Below the pieces are notes generated by a model. That model saw only the letters and a list, made by a program, of their open reading frames with translations. It ran no database searches and was not told where the DNA came from. Below, piece by piece: positions 47,651-57,734 of a DNA stretch of 64,000 nt; position 1 is the stretch's first letter; each line of letters opens with the position of its first letter. Source of the DNA: a virus. Both the position numbers and the translations under genes were made by a program. The stretch covers positions 1 to 64,000 of IMG/VR virus record IMGVR_UViG_3300022562_001814; one strand, written 5' to 3'.

Positions 47651-50600
47651 ATGTTTACTAAAATAGGCGAATTATCAGAAATTAGTTCAAATAATGTTCA
47701 ATCTGTAGAATCGGTATTGGCAGAATTAAATGATACTGATATTAATGAACATTTTAGAAAATTTGCAACTCAATTAAAAAGAATTGCTCCCAAAGCTGAT
47801 GATTTTCTTTATTTTAGCTGTGTAATGATGACTGCCGCTGAAGCTTCAGCTTTAAATTCTGACGGAACCCCCAAATTATCTAAAGATGGTAGTCCTATTA
47901 AAGTTAGTTGGGAAGTATCTCCTTCAGGTTCTTGGAAATGGGTTAGCAATGATCCGTCCATTCAAGCTTATAAAAATCATAATGGTGATATATTTGCTGA
48001 AGCAGAATTATTAAAAGCTTATAAAAAATGGGTTGGAAAGCCTCTTTGTATTGATCATAAATCAGATTCTGTAGATGCTATTAGAGGTATTATATTAGAT
48101 ACTTATTATGATCGTTTAAATAAAAAAGTAATAGCATTATGTGCTTTAGATAAAATATCATATCCAGAATTAGCTCGCGGTATTACTAGTGGTTATAAAA
48201 CCTCAGTATCAATGGGTACGAGAGTTGGTAAGGCTATATGTTATGATTGTGGGCAAGTTGCTACGGCAGAACGTGAATTTTGTCAACATATGCGGTCTAA
48301 ATCTTGTTATGGGGAAATAAATGTTGATTTAGATCCGATAGAACTTTCAATAGTGGTTAATGGAGCTGATCCCCAGGCTAAAATTCGTACAATTTTAGCT
48401 GCAGCTAATGATTTACGTCACAATATTGAAAATAAAGAAGAAGAAATTAATAAACTTTCAACTAACCACGCTTCGGCGTCAAAGTTTAAAGAATTAGAAG
48501 AAGATTTAAAAAAAATATCTGATAAGTTAGCTGATTTAAAAGCGGATTTAGAACAAGAAGATAATGCTTCAGCTAATGATGCTCCTTACGGACAATCAGG
48601 TGATTTAAATATGAAAGAGTCGGATTTACCAAACACTGATCAAAGTTTAAGTTTTCCGGCTAGATTAGCATCTAATAATAATGCATTAATAAGTGAATTG
48701 CAAGATTTGCGAAATTCTGTTAATGCTATGGAAAAGAGTTTAGTTACTTTATCGCATAAAATCAAAGAGGAAATTATGTCTGTTAATTCAAATAATGGTA
48801 TAAACAAAGAAGGTTATTTTCAAGGTGCTGGCGGAGCAAACGAACCCGCCCCTCATCAAGTTAAATATCCAAAAGAACCAATGAATGAACAACTTCGTCA
48901 AACTGGCGATAAACATATGTTAGGCGTTGATAATATGGGTTCAGTTGATAGTATGTTTCCCGGCGATAAAGAAAAGAAAGAATTAGTACAACGCGCTGAA
49001 ATCGAAGAACGCGCTATGCGCCGTGCTGCCGCTCTTCAAAAAGCCAAGGAGAACCTAATGAAATCAAAAGAGGCATATTTCCAGGGCGGCGGAGATGTTA
49101 ATGAGCCCACCCCTGGCAAACCAAAATACACCAAAGATCCTTTGAATGAAAGAGATCGTGAAAAAGAAGATAAACAAATGGTTGGTAAAAAACCATTCCC
49201 AGATGTAGGTGATGTTGAAGATCTCTATCCAGAAGATAAGAAAAAGAAAGAATTACTTCAACGCGCTTCACTTAAAGCTAAATTCGTTAGAGTTGCTGGT
49301 GAAGATGGCGCTCAAGATATGGGGCAAAGCGGATGGCAAGTATCTCGTGATGGTGAAGTATTATTTACAGCCACAGTAGATGAAATTACTGGTGGCAATG
49401 TTGAAGGTTTATATGATGTAGTTGCTAGCAAAGAATTTGCAACTAAACTTTTGGAAAAAGTTTATAAAGTTGGGGCAGATAAAGCTGCTAAACTTTATAA
49501 AGGCGCACAGGCTGTCGCCGATGTTGGTATGCCTCCAGTTGCTGATGCAGGTGGACCCGCTCCGGTTCCCGCTATGGATATGGCTCCAGTAGGTGGAGCA
49601 GGAGTTCCTGCTAATGATTTTGAAGCGGCTCCTGAACACGAAGCTGCTCCCGAAGCAGAAGGTGATCCTAAAGAAGTTGCTCTTAAATTAGCTGAAGAAA
49701 TGCGTGATCGTGCTTCAGATTTATTGGAGGCAGTTAGAGTGTTAACTGGTGAACAAACTGAAATGGGTGAATTAGAAGGTTTAACTGAAAAAGCAGCTTC
49801 TCAAGAATTAAAGCCACTCGTTAAAATGAAGAAAACACTTAATGCTTCACTAATTGTTGGTATGAAACAAGCAATTGCTGAACTTCACGAACACCAAGAA
49901 GAATTGAATCTTATTAGTGATATCCTTGATGAAGGAACACATAATGATTACACAGATACAGTTATTGATGAAGCTATAGTTGATGCAAAACATGCTTTAG
50001 CAGATGTTAGAGATTTAATGTTAGCGTTTGTTAAATATGCTCGTGGTTCTGAACAACTTGTTAAACAAGCTCAATCTTTAGATATGTCAATGGGTGATGA
50101 TATGGCTATGGATGATGATATGTCCGTAGATGATGATATGTCAATGGGTGACGACATGGCTGTGGATGATGATATGGGTATGGATGATGATATGTCGATG
50201 GCTATGGATATGGATAAAGATGATGAAGAATGTGATACAGCTATGGATGATGATATGGCTGAATCCGATGAAAATGAAGTAATGGTTGATGTAGACCCTA
50301 GTTCATTACAAGGCAAAAAAATTGAATTAAAATCAGCTCAACTTAATTCAAAAGAAGCTCGCGCAGAACTTCGTGCAAAATTGGCTGCAGAGGCACTTAA
50401 ATTTTCTCCAATGTTAGATGAAGCTAATAGATTAGCTGATGGACAAACTGAACTTGACGTTAAACCATCTGATAATTTAGGCAGAGTTGAAACATTGCCA
50501 GAACAACACAAAGTTATGCTCGATGTCGCTGAAGCTCCTCCAAAAGTTCGTAAAGGTGCTGCACGTCTAGATACACTTATTAAACAAAAGAAAGTTGCTG

Positions 50601-51043
50601 TTACAGATCTAGATACTCTTGTTGCACAAGGATTAGATTCAGAAGTTGTTAAATACTGGAAACAATTCTATGGCGAAGCTGGTAAAGAGGGTTCCGAATT
50701 TGCTTCAGATCTTCTTAAAGAACATGCCAAAGCTCAAGTTGATGAAGAGGTTAGTAAATTTAAAATTAAAATTTCTCGTGCTTATGAGCTTACCAATGAA
50801 ATGGTACGTCGTGGACTTGTAGCTGATGAACGCGCCGCAATCACTGCTCAAGTTGATGATATGATGTCCTGGAACGACGAGGGTTTTGAGGCTATGAAAC
50901 GCGTTGTTAATAAACATCCATTAAAAAAATCAGCTTCATTTCCTCAAGTAGGTATGATAGGTTCAGGCGAGCCGGTCTCGCAAGTTCAAGAATTTAGTTT
51001 ACAAGATGCTTTAGACCAGGCTTTTGCTAATCGTAGATTCTAA
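47651..51043 (+). CDS. Prohead protease fused to scaffold protein
   Basis: NHNGDIF, CIDH (His), SVSMG (Ser), CYDC..FCQH, IELSIVVNGADPQA; long acidic coiled-coil C-terminus. Confidence 0.8.
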   Translation: MFTKIGELSEISSNNVQSVESVLAELNDTDINEHFRKFATQLKRIAPKADDFLYFSCVMMTAAEASALNSDGTPKLSKDGSPIKVSWEVSPSGSWKWVSNDPSIQAYKNHNGDIFAEAELLKAYKKWVGKPLCIDHKSDSVDAIRGIILDTYYDRLNKKVIALCALDKISYPELARGITSGYKTSVSMGTRVGKAICYDCGQVATAEREFCQHMRSKSCYGEINVDLDPIELSIVVNGADPQAKIRTILAAANDLRHNIENKEEEINKLSTNHASASKFKELEEDLKKISDKLADLKADLEQEDNASANDAPYGQSGDLNMKESDLPNTDQSLSFPARLASNNNALISELQDLRNSVNAMEKSLVTLSHKIKEEIMSVNSNNGINKEGYFQGAGGANEPAPHQVKYPKEPMNEQLRQTGDKHMLGVDNMGSVDSMFPGDKEKKELVQRAEIEERAMRRAAALQKAKENLMKSKEAYFQGGGDVNEPTPGKPKYTKDPLNERDREKEDKQMVGKKPFPDVGDVEDLYPEDKKKKELLQRASLKAKFVRVAGEDGAQDMGQSGWQVSRDGEVLFTATVDEITGGNVEGLYDVVASKEFATKLLEKVYKVGADKAAKLYKGAQAVADVGMPPVADAGGPAPVPAMDMAPVGGAGVPANDFEAAPEHEAAPEAEGDPKEVALKLAEEMRDRASDLLEAVRVLTGEQTEMGELEGLTEKAASQELKPLVKMKKTLNASLIVGMKQAIAELHEHQEELNLISDILDEGTHNDYTDTVIDEAIVDAKHALADVRDLMLAFVKYARGSEQLVKQAQSLDMSMGDDMAMDDDMSVDDDMSMGDDMAVDDDMGMDDDMSMAMDMDKDDEECDTAMDDDMAESDENEVMVDVDPSSLQGKKIELKSAQLNSKEARAELRAKLAAEALKFSPMLDEANRLADGQTELDVKPSDNLGRVETLPEQHKVMLDVAEAPPKVRKGAARLDTLIKQKKVAVTDLDTLVAQGLDSEVVKYWKQFYGEAGKEGSEFASDLLKEHAKAQVDEEVSKFKIKISRAYELTNEMVRRGLVADERAAITAQVDDMMSWNDEGFEAMKRVVNKHPLKKSASFPQVGMIGSGEPVSQVQEFSLQDALDQAFANRRF
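50081..50260 (+). repeat. Degenerate 18-nt repeats encoding an Asp/Met-rich tract
   Basis: DMSMGD DMAMDD DMSVDD DMSMGD DMAVDD DMGMDD. Confidence 0.8.
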
Positions 51044-51054
51044 TAGGAAATATT

Positions 51055-51657
51055 ATGAAAAATGATGCAAATACAATTGCAGCCTCAATGGATGCGATAT
51101 TACAAGATCCCGACCACAAAAAACTTTTTTCTTCTTCAACTATTCTTGAAAAATTAGCTTTCAAGAGAACTGCAGATGAAGAAGTTTCTACAGAAATAGA
51201 AATTGAATTTGCAGATGAAATGGCAACTTCTCTTGAAACCGAGGCATCAGAAAAAAGTGGCGGGGTTAGTTGCGATTCTAAAAAAGAGGCTATTAAAATG
51301 GGTGATAATTTATTTAAATCGGCTTTTGATGCATTACTTCAGGCTTCGGATGATTTAGAAGAAGCCGGATTTGAAGAATTATCTGTAAATGCATTAATAC
51401 TTGCTAATAGTTTGGTTGTAGAAGCTAAAGCTAAAAAAGATCCAAAAGCTAAAGAAAAAGCGGAGAAAGAAAAAGCTGCTAAAGAAAAAGCTGCTAAAGA
51501 AAAAGCCAAAGCTAAAGCAAAAGCAGAGAAAGAAAAAGCGTTAGCTAAAGCTAAAGCTGAAAAAGAAAAAGCCGCTACAGAAAAAGCTAAAGCTAAGGCT
51601 AAAGCTGAAAAAGAAAAAGCATTAGCCAAGGCAAAAGCTGATAAAAAGAGCAAATAA
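51055..51657 (+). CDS. Head protein with Lys/Ala/Glu-rich (histone H1-like) tail
   Basis: KAKAKAEKEKALAKAKA repeats over the last ~77 aa. Confidence 0.65.
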   Translation: MKNDANTIAASMDAILQDPDHKKLFSSSTILEKLAFKRTADEEVSTEIEIEFADEMATSLETEASEKSGGVSCDSKKEAIKMGDNLFKSAFDALLQASDDLEEAGFEELSVNALILANSLVVEAKAKKDPKAKEKAEKEKAAKEKAAKEKAKAKAKAEKEKALAKAKAEKEKAATEKAKAKAKAEKEKALAKAKADKKSK

Positions 51658-52172
51658 TGTTCATTAAAAAATCTTTTGTCGATGAAATTGCCAATGCGAT
51701 GGAATGTCAATTAGTTGACGGCGTTATTAATAAACAGGCTGAAACAGATGTTAAAATTGTTAAAGCAGCTGAATATTTGCACGCCGCGGCAGAAATTTGT
51801 GATGAAAACGGCTTATCAGCTCAAGCCGAAGTAATTACTGCTATTTTAGAATCTTTAGCTGCTAAAAAATCTAAAAAAAAACCTAAAAAAACCCAAAAAC
51901 CAGTAAAATCTAAAAAAACCCCTAAATCCAAAATTAAAAAAGAATTAACCAGTGAAAAAATGGTTAATAATTTAAAAGAAAAGGGCTGGGTTTTTGATGC
52001 TGACGATATGGACCATAATTGTGCTGATGAAAATTGTGCAGTCTGTGGAGATTCTATGTTAGCTGATGATGAAGAAATATATTCAATGTTAAAAGATTTT
52101 AAAAAAGATCTAAATTCTGATTTTGAAGATGAAGATGATTTTGATTTAGAAATTCATAATCCTTACGTCTAA
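51657..52172 (+). CDS. Hypothetical head protein with basic and acidic blocks
   Basis: Helical module, KKSKKKPKK block, acidic C-terminus. Confidence 0.6.
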   Translation: MFIKKSFVDEIANAMECQLVDGVINKQAETDVKIVKAAEYLHAAAEICDENGLSAQAEVITAILESLAAKKSKKKPKKTQKPVKSKKTPKSKIKKELTSEKMVNNLKEKGWVFDADDMDHNCADENCAVCGDSMLADDEEIYSMLKDFKKDLNSDFEDEDDFDLEIHNPYV

Positions 52173-52245
52173 AATTTTGCATAAATTTTTTATGCTTGAT
52201 ATATATCTTAATAAGATTGAATAATTTATACAAAAGGCGGATACC

Positions 52246-52938
52246 ATTCTTAGACTTGTAAGTGTTGGCAACAGTTTACCCTATTCTTGGCCGTTGGAAT
52301 TATCAGCAACATTTCAGCCGGGTCAAATTGCTCAATTAACGGCACAAGGTAATGCGGTTGTTGCCACTGTTTCCAACGGAACAGCGCCATTAGGTATTAT
52401 TGATGATATTAAAACCAAAGCTTTTACAGCTGTATCTTGGGATGAAACGGTAATTGTTCAGGCAACTGGGGTTCCCGGACCAAATAATACTTTAATTACT
52501 ACTACAGATATTAAAGTTGAACTAGATAATCCAAATATTTTCCCAGAGAGTTTCGTATCAATTCCAGTAAGTGTACAATTAATTCCTCGTAATGGCGTAA
52601 TAGTTTTTCCAGCAGGAACACAATTAAATCTTGATGATGGGGGTGGTGGTACTCCTAATGCTATTAAAACAAATGTAAGATATACTTATCAAATTCCTAA
52701 TATTATTGGTGATGATAGTACTGCTGGCTCTAATAGAATTACTGTATGGTTTCAACGTGGTATTTATCAAACTGATGTTTTTGATACTGCCGCAACTTAT
52801 CCGTTAAATGCAAATTTATTTGTAAATGAAAACGGTATGTTGACAACTAAACAACCTACAGTAAATTATCCAAGCGTGGCTTTAGTTACTTCGCCGCCGT
52901 CCCCACTCTTCCCCTGGTTAGAATTTTTATTTTTATAA
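52246..52938 (+). CDS. Capsid decoration/cement-like protein (probable ATT start)
   Basis: FQPGQIAQL..PLGIIDD..STAGSNRITVW..GIYQTD; paralogous to 59104-59754. Confidence 0.55.
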   Translation: MLRLVSVGNSLPYSWPLELSATFQPGQIAQLTAQGNAVVATVSNGTAPLGIIDDIKTKAFTAVSWDETVIVQATGVPGPNNTLITTTDIKVELDNPNIFPESFVSIPVSVQLIPRNGVIVFPAGTQLNLDDGGGGTPNAIKTNVRYTYQIPNIIGDDSTAGSNRITVWFQRGIYQTDVFDTAATYPLNANLFVNENGMLTTKQPTVNYPSVALVTSPPSPLFPWLEFLFL

Positions 52939-52940
52939 CC

Positions 52941-53041
52941 GAACTTTATCATATTATAAAAGATCAGCTGAAAAGATAGGTAAAGATTTTGGTGTTACCG
53001 AAAAAGTGATAGTTAGAGTAAGGAAAGAAAACAAGAAGTAA
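52941..53041 (+). pseudogene. HTH fragment, probable homing endonuclease remnant
   Basis: RSAEKIGKDFGVTEKVIVRVRKEN without a start; resembles QLAKDFGV in the 2112 endonuclease. Confidence 0.35.
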
Positions 53042-53096
53042 CCAGTTAATTATTACTATTTTGGCATTCCTTCGAAGACTGTCTCGGAGCTTGTCA

Positions 53097-54248
53097 ATGA
53101 CATATACATTAAAAGATCTTAAACATTTAGAAGTAATCGCCGAATTAGAGAAAAAAGAACCTATGCCTGAAAAACAAATTAATTTAAATTTGTTTACGGA
53201 TAATAAACCAAAAGCGCAAGGAACTCAAGAAAAAATTCTCACTCTTTGCGCTAAGCTTAGAAAAGAAGGATTTGACAAACAAGCTAATGCTTTAGAAAAT
53301 AAATTTATGTCTTATAAAATGGCTACCACTCATTTATATAGAGCGATAGATGAAGACGGAGAAGATGTCATCAATTCTGCTCATCCAGATGGTGAAGTTA
53401 AAGTAGAAGATGCTGATAATGATTTAGGCGTTGTCGAAACCGGATTAACACAACATAAAAAAATAGTTGATATTATTAATAAAAAACCAACTGGTAAATT
53501 AGCCAAATATGTTTTAGAATGTCAAGAAATTTTAAAACAAGGACAAGCTACAATGGGAGTATATACTCTATATAAATTATATCAATCAGCTAAACAGTTA
53601 TGGGGAGACTTAGTTGAAAAAGCGGAAGTTGTTAAATCAAAATTAGATTCTTTATCTTCTGACGGAGATGCAAGAAAAAATCCAAAATTAATAGAATTAA
53701 TTTCTGATGCTAAAGTTGAAATAACATCTGTTATAAGTGATAAGGCTTTTTTTGAATCTGTTGGTATGAGTGGTGCAGAATCAGGAATTTCTGGTGGAGA
53801 AATCGATCGTCATTTAAATGATTTAAATAAATTAAAAGAAAAATTAACAGATCTTAAAAAAGAAATAGACAGAACATTTACGGCCTTAACTCGAGGTATT
53901 AAAGGTAAATTATATCATTATACATTTAGCACTATTTTTAAAGAAGCAAAAGAAAGTATTCAAAACTTTGAAGAAGAATTATATTTAATGCTGCACACGT
54001 TATCAAATATGAAAGAAAAAAATTCTCCAACAGTTGTCACAAATAGTATAGATACTTCTATAAATCAATTGAATGTCTGGTCTAATTCTTTAAATCAAAG
54101 AACAGATCTTAATGATGAAATGAAAACCAAAATTAATGTTTGGATTCAAGCTCAAATTCAAGAAATGAAAGATAATGCAAATAATCCAGAAAAATTGAAA
54201 GAATTATTAAAAGAGAATGAAAATTTTAAAGCAGCCTGGAAATTATAA
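53097..54248 (+). CDS. Hypothetical internal-head protein
   Basis: GGAG SD before ATG 53097; helical module plus AHP..GVVE..PTG module. Confidence 0.6.
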   Translation: MTYTLKDLKHLEVIAELEKKEPMPEKQINLNLFTDNKPKAQGTQEKILTLCAKLRKEGFDKQANALENKFMSYKMATTHLYRAIDEDGEDVINSAHPDGEVKVEDADNDLGVVETGLTQHKKIVDIINKKPTGKLAKYVLECQEILKQGQATMGVYTLYKLYQSAKQLWGDLVEKAEVVKSKLDSLSSDGDARKNPKLIELISDAKVEITSVISDKAFFESVGMSGAESGISGGEIDRHLNDLNKLKEKLTDLKKEIDRTFTALTRGIKGKLYHYTFSTIFKEAKESIQNFEEELYLMLHTLSNMKEKNSPTVVTNSIDTSINQLNVWSNSLNQRTDLNDEMKTKINVWIQAQIQEMKDNANNPEKLKELLKENENFKAAWKL

Positions 54249-55459
54249 TGATTTTTAAATTTTCCCAAAAACCAACTATGCCAATTCCAGATGGAACGAC
54301 ATCTAATGTTTCTGTTCAAACAAAACCACAAATGCCAGTTCCAGATGGAACGACATCTGAACCAATGGGTGTTAAAGATATGTTTGGACAAGTTTGGCCT
54401 GTAAATTCTAATATGGGGAAGATGCTTGTTAACACGGCTATTAGTCAAGGCACCAAACCTGATTATGTATATAATATCGAACAAGCTGTAAGCCCCGCCC
54501 AGACTCCATCTTCCGTTTCTGTTCATGATTTACCTCCGGTAAAAAGAACACCTATTAATGTTAAAATTCCTGCCGTTGCAGAAATGCAACAAGCGATAAT
54601 CGCTTTATCTAAAGATATTGCATCCCAAGATGTTTTACATAGCGCAAAAACAGATGGTAATTTACAGCAAATAGAAGGTGCTGATCCATTTTTAAATTTT
54701 CTTGTTACAAACTATATGCAAGCCGCCCCCAAAACCGGACAACAAGTTGTTAGCGGTGATATGGGTATGCCTATCAAACAAGAAACTACCACCAAATTAG
54801 AAAATTTTAAAGGTATGTTAAATACTTTAAAAAATATAGGTTCTCGAGGTTCTGAACAAACTCCAGATGGTATTTGGGGTTTTAGAACTAATAATGCTTT
54901 AAATAATATCTATGCGCTCGCATACACGCTTATGCACGTACAAAAAGATATAAATATCGAACCAAGTATTTATACTGAAGAAGATTTAATTGAATTACAC
55001 GACAATATTCCCGAAGATAGTAAGGTATTAACCACAGATCAAAAAGTTTTAAGCGCTATTGTTATTACAAAAAATCTTAATAAATTTAGAGCGGTATATG
55101 ATAGCTTTAGAGAAAAAGTATTAAATAACCCAACTTTAAAATCAAAAATCACTCAAGAACAACCCCTTTTAATTAAAAAACCGGTTTCTTCCACTACACC
55201 GTTATCACAATATGAACGTGATTTATATTCAAAATACAAAACAACAGAATTAAATACAATTGTAAATGGTCAAACAGTAACTGTAATGCCTTTTAATTTA
55301 TTCAATATTGATAATTTTAAAAAATATTTAAAAAGCAAAGCGCCTATTATAGGTTTATCAAAAGAAGAATTAGATGCCATTCAAAAATCTACTCCAGAAG
55401 GACAAATGTTAGTTAATAAATTTTTGACAGAAATTGCTAATAGTATGGGGCAGGAATAA
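54248..55459 (+). CDS. Virion protein with peptidoglycan-binding-like motif
   Basis: PDGIWGFRTNNAL; N-terminal duplicated KPxMPxPDGTTS (54269-54304 and 54323-54358). Confidence 0.55.
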   Translation: MIFKFSQKPTMPIPDGTTSNVSVQTKPQMPVPDGTTSEPMGVKDMFGQVWPVNSNMGKMLVNTAISQGTKPDYVYNIEQAVSPAQTPSSVSVHDLPPVKRTPINVKIPAVAEMQQAIIALSKDIASQDVLHSAKTDGNLQQIEGADPFLNFLVTNYMQAAPKTGQQVVSGDMGMPIKQETTTKLENFKGMLNTLKNIGSRGSEQTPDGIWGFRTNNALNNIYALAYTLMHVQKDINIEPSIYTEEDLIELHDNIPEDSKVLTTDQKVLSAIVITKNLNKFRAVYDSFREKVLNNPTLKSKITQEQPLLIKKPVSSTTPLSQYERDLYSKYKTTELNTIVNGQTVTVMPFNLFNIDNFKKYLKSKAPIIGLSKEELDAIQKSTPEGQMLVNKFLTEIANSMGQE

Positions 55460-56648
55460 TGACATTTTTGCATCAAGATGATATTTTAGGTGAATTAATC
55501 ATTAAATCGGGTGCTTTTAATGAATTGATCAAACAAGCTCAACAAACTAATAATGATCTTAAATTACTTACAACTAAATTGTTAAATAATTTAATGAATC
55601 AAGCCGTTCAAGCCGGACCGGGAACAAAAATTTATACCGGTGATTTGGTAAGTTTAGATAAGTTTTTAAATTATCTTTATTCTCATCAAAATGAAGAACA
55701 ATTTGATAATCAAGCTATAGTATATAAAGAAGATGGGGCAAAACTACCTCCTAATCCAGAAGAATATATTAAATTTCATGGATTTTTAGTATCGCCTGCA
55801 GGGTTTTGGTCTAAAATACATGAATTAGAAAATTTAGCTGAAAAACCAGAAAATAATTTATTAAAACCTTTTATTAAAAATTTAAAAGATTCTGGCGCAC
55901 AAACATTTGGTGAGGACACTTCTCAAACTATATCTCCTAATGAAATTCTAGAACGCGGCATCAATCCTGAACAAAACGGACAAACTGCCAAACCATCCGG
56001 AGCAGGACAAGCAGGACAAGCAGGACAAGCAGGACAAGCAGGACAAGCAGGACAAGCAGGACAAGCAGGACAAGCAGGACAAGCAGGACAAGCAGGACAA
56101 GCAGACAAGCAGAAATTGTACCAGTCTCATATAAAGCACAACAAGCCGCTCAACAAGAGCTTACGCAAAATTTAAAAAATCTTAGCACTAATTTACCTTT
56201 TCAACGAGATGATGTAATTAGACCGTATGATTTACAATCTTTTATTAATAATGTAAGCAAGATAGTATCTGCGTATCCCGGAATGAATGAATCTTTAAAA
56301 AATGAATTTATTCAATTTACCAATACAATGTCAGGGACTATTAATGCTTGGGAAGGATTCATTAATAAAAACGCAAGTAAATATCCTCAAGTAAAATCTT
56401 TTCAAACTCAAGTTCCGTATAATAGATCGGCTAATGCTGAAGCAACATTATCCCAAATTTTTGGAGATACTCCAAATGCTAGAACAGCAGCTCAGATTTT
56501 ATTAAGAATGATAATTTTAGTTAATCAAACTTTATTAAGTTTGCGTCAAATAGAAGGTCTTAATCAAAGATTAAGTCCAGAAGTTGTGTCTGAACAAGTT
56601 AAAAGAGCACAAAACTTCATATATAATTTACAAGCTTTTGTCGGATAA
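55459..56648 (+). CDS. Hypothetical head protein split by a 1-nt frameshift (about 396 aa when restored)
   Basis: The repeat unit at 56101-56108 lacks one G; the -1 frame runs open from 56109 into ORF 56283-56648. Confidence 0.7.
56002..56108 (+). repeat. Tandem repeat (GCAGGACAA)x11 plus one 8-nt unit
   Basis: Read directly; encodes (AGQ)11. Confidence 0.97.
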
Positions 56649-56651
56649 TGA

Positions 56652-57722
56652 ATGAATAAATCAGATAAACAATTTATTTTACAGACAATGCAGATTGAAC
56701 GGCTACTCCATGATCCATCTATGGATAAAACTGCTCAAGATTTTTTGTCTGGAGTTGTATCTGATATTAAAAATAAAGTTACTGGACTTAAATCAGTAGA
56801 AGATGTTTTAGGGTTTTTAGTGCCAGGAATATTTTGGACATTAGGATTTAAAAAATTATCTCTTGTATATACGGTAGCGGAAGCACTTGGATTTAATTTT
56901 TCTGATTTTTTAAGTTCAATTAGAGAAAAATTAAAACCAATTTTAGAAGATTTGTTTGCAGGAAAACAAACAGAAGCTTCAACTATTTCAAATATAGTAG
57001 CACAAAGTGCAAGCGAAGCAACAACTGATAATGTTGATCCGGAAAAATTTCAAAAAGCTGTTACATCTAGTTCTTTGAAAAATATGTTAGTAATTCAAGG
57101 ATTAATATTAGGTTTAGCAAAAAAAGCACGTCGCTCTTCTTCTACTTTAGAAGAAAAAATAAGAGAATTAGCTCAGTCTACTTTAGGGCGTAGAGCAAGA
57201 TCTGGTGTAGTAGGAATAATTGTTAGAGTATTTTCTTGGATTATTACAGTTATATTAATAAGTCTTGGATTAGGTGTTGGCGGTTCTGTTATTTCTAATT
57301 TAGTTAAAAGTAGATCAGAAGAAACTGGAGAAACCGAAGGAAATAAAGATCAAACGATAACACCAGCTTCAACTCAAGTACCCGTCCCTGAAAATGAACC
57401 AAATGTTAAATTATATTTAAATCCACAAGCCGATCAATCATTACTTACAACAACTTATAATGATTCAAGTCATGTATGGTTATTGCAACTTCCAATCACC
57501 CAAATACATGAGCTTTTAATTAAATGGGCTCAAGAATTATATCCAAATTTAAATAATAAATCTGCATTTGAATCAAGTAGTGTATTTAATCGTACATTAA
57601 GAATGTTTAAAGATAGAAATAAAGGTTCGGAACAATTAAATCTTATTGCTGTGCCTCAACCATTTAAATCAATAAAAGAAATTGTTGATAGTTTCGCTGC
57701 AGATGTAGCTTCTCATATGTAA
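56652..57722 (+). CDS. Virion protein with predicted transmembrane segment
   Basis: KTAQ near the N-terminus; hydrophobic IIVRVFSWIITVILISLGLGVGG. Confidence 0.6.
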   Translation: MNKSDKQFILQTMQIERLLHDPSMDKTAQDFLSGVVSDIKNKVTGLKSVEDVLGFLVPGIFWTLGFKKLSLVYTVAEALGFNFSDFLSSIREKLKPILEDLFAGKQTEASTISNIVAQSASEATTDNVDPEKFQKAVTSSSLKNMLVIQGLILGLAKKARRSSSTLEEKIRELAQSTLGRRARSGVVGIIVRVFSWIITVILISLGLGVGGSVISNLVKSRSEETGETEGNKDQTITPASTQVPVPENEPNVKLYLNPQADQSLLTTTYNDSSHVWLLQLPITQIHELLIKWAQELYPNLNNKSAFESSSVFNRTLRMFKDRNKGSEQLNLIAVPQPFKSIKEIVDSFAADVASHM

Positions 57723-57734
57723 TGAAGGAATATT

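Noticed and set aside
55923-56139. Minus-strand ORFs with (CPA)n and (CLS)n, resembling Cys-rich metal-binding peptides
   Set aside because: They are antisense shadows of the GCAGGACAA repeat; the same applies to the (CVG)n and (HNQ)n ORFs at 58834-59194.
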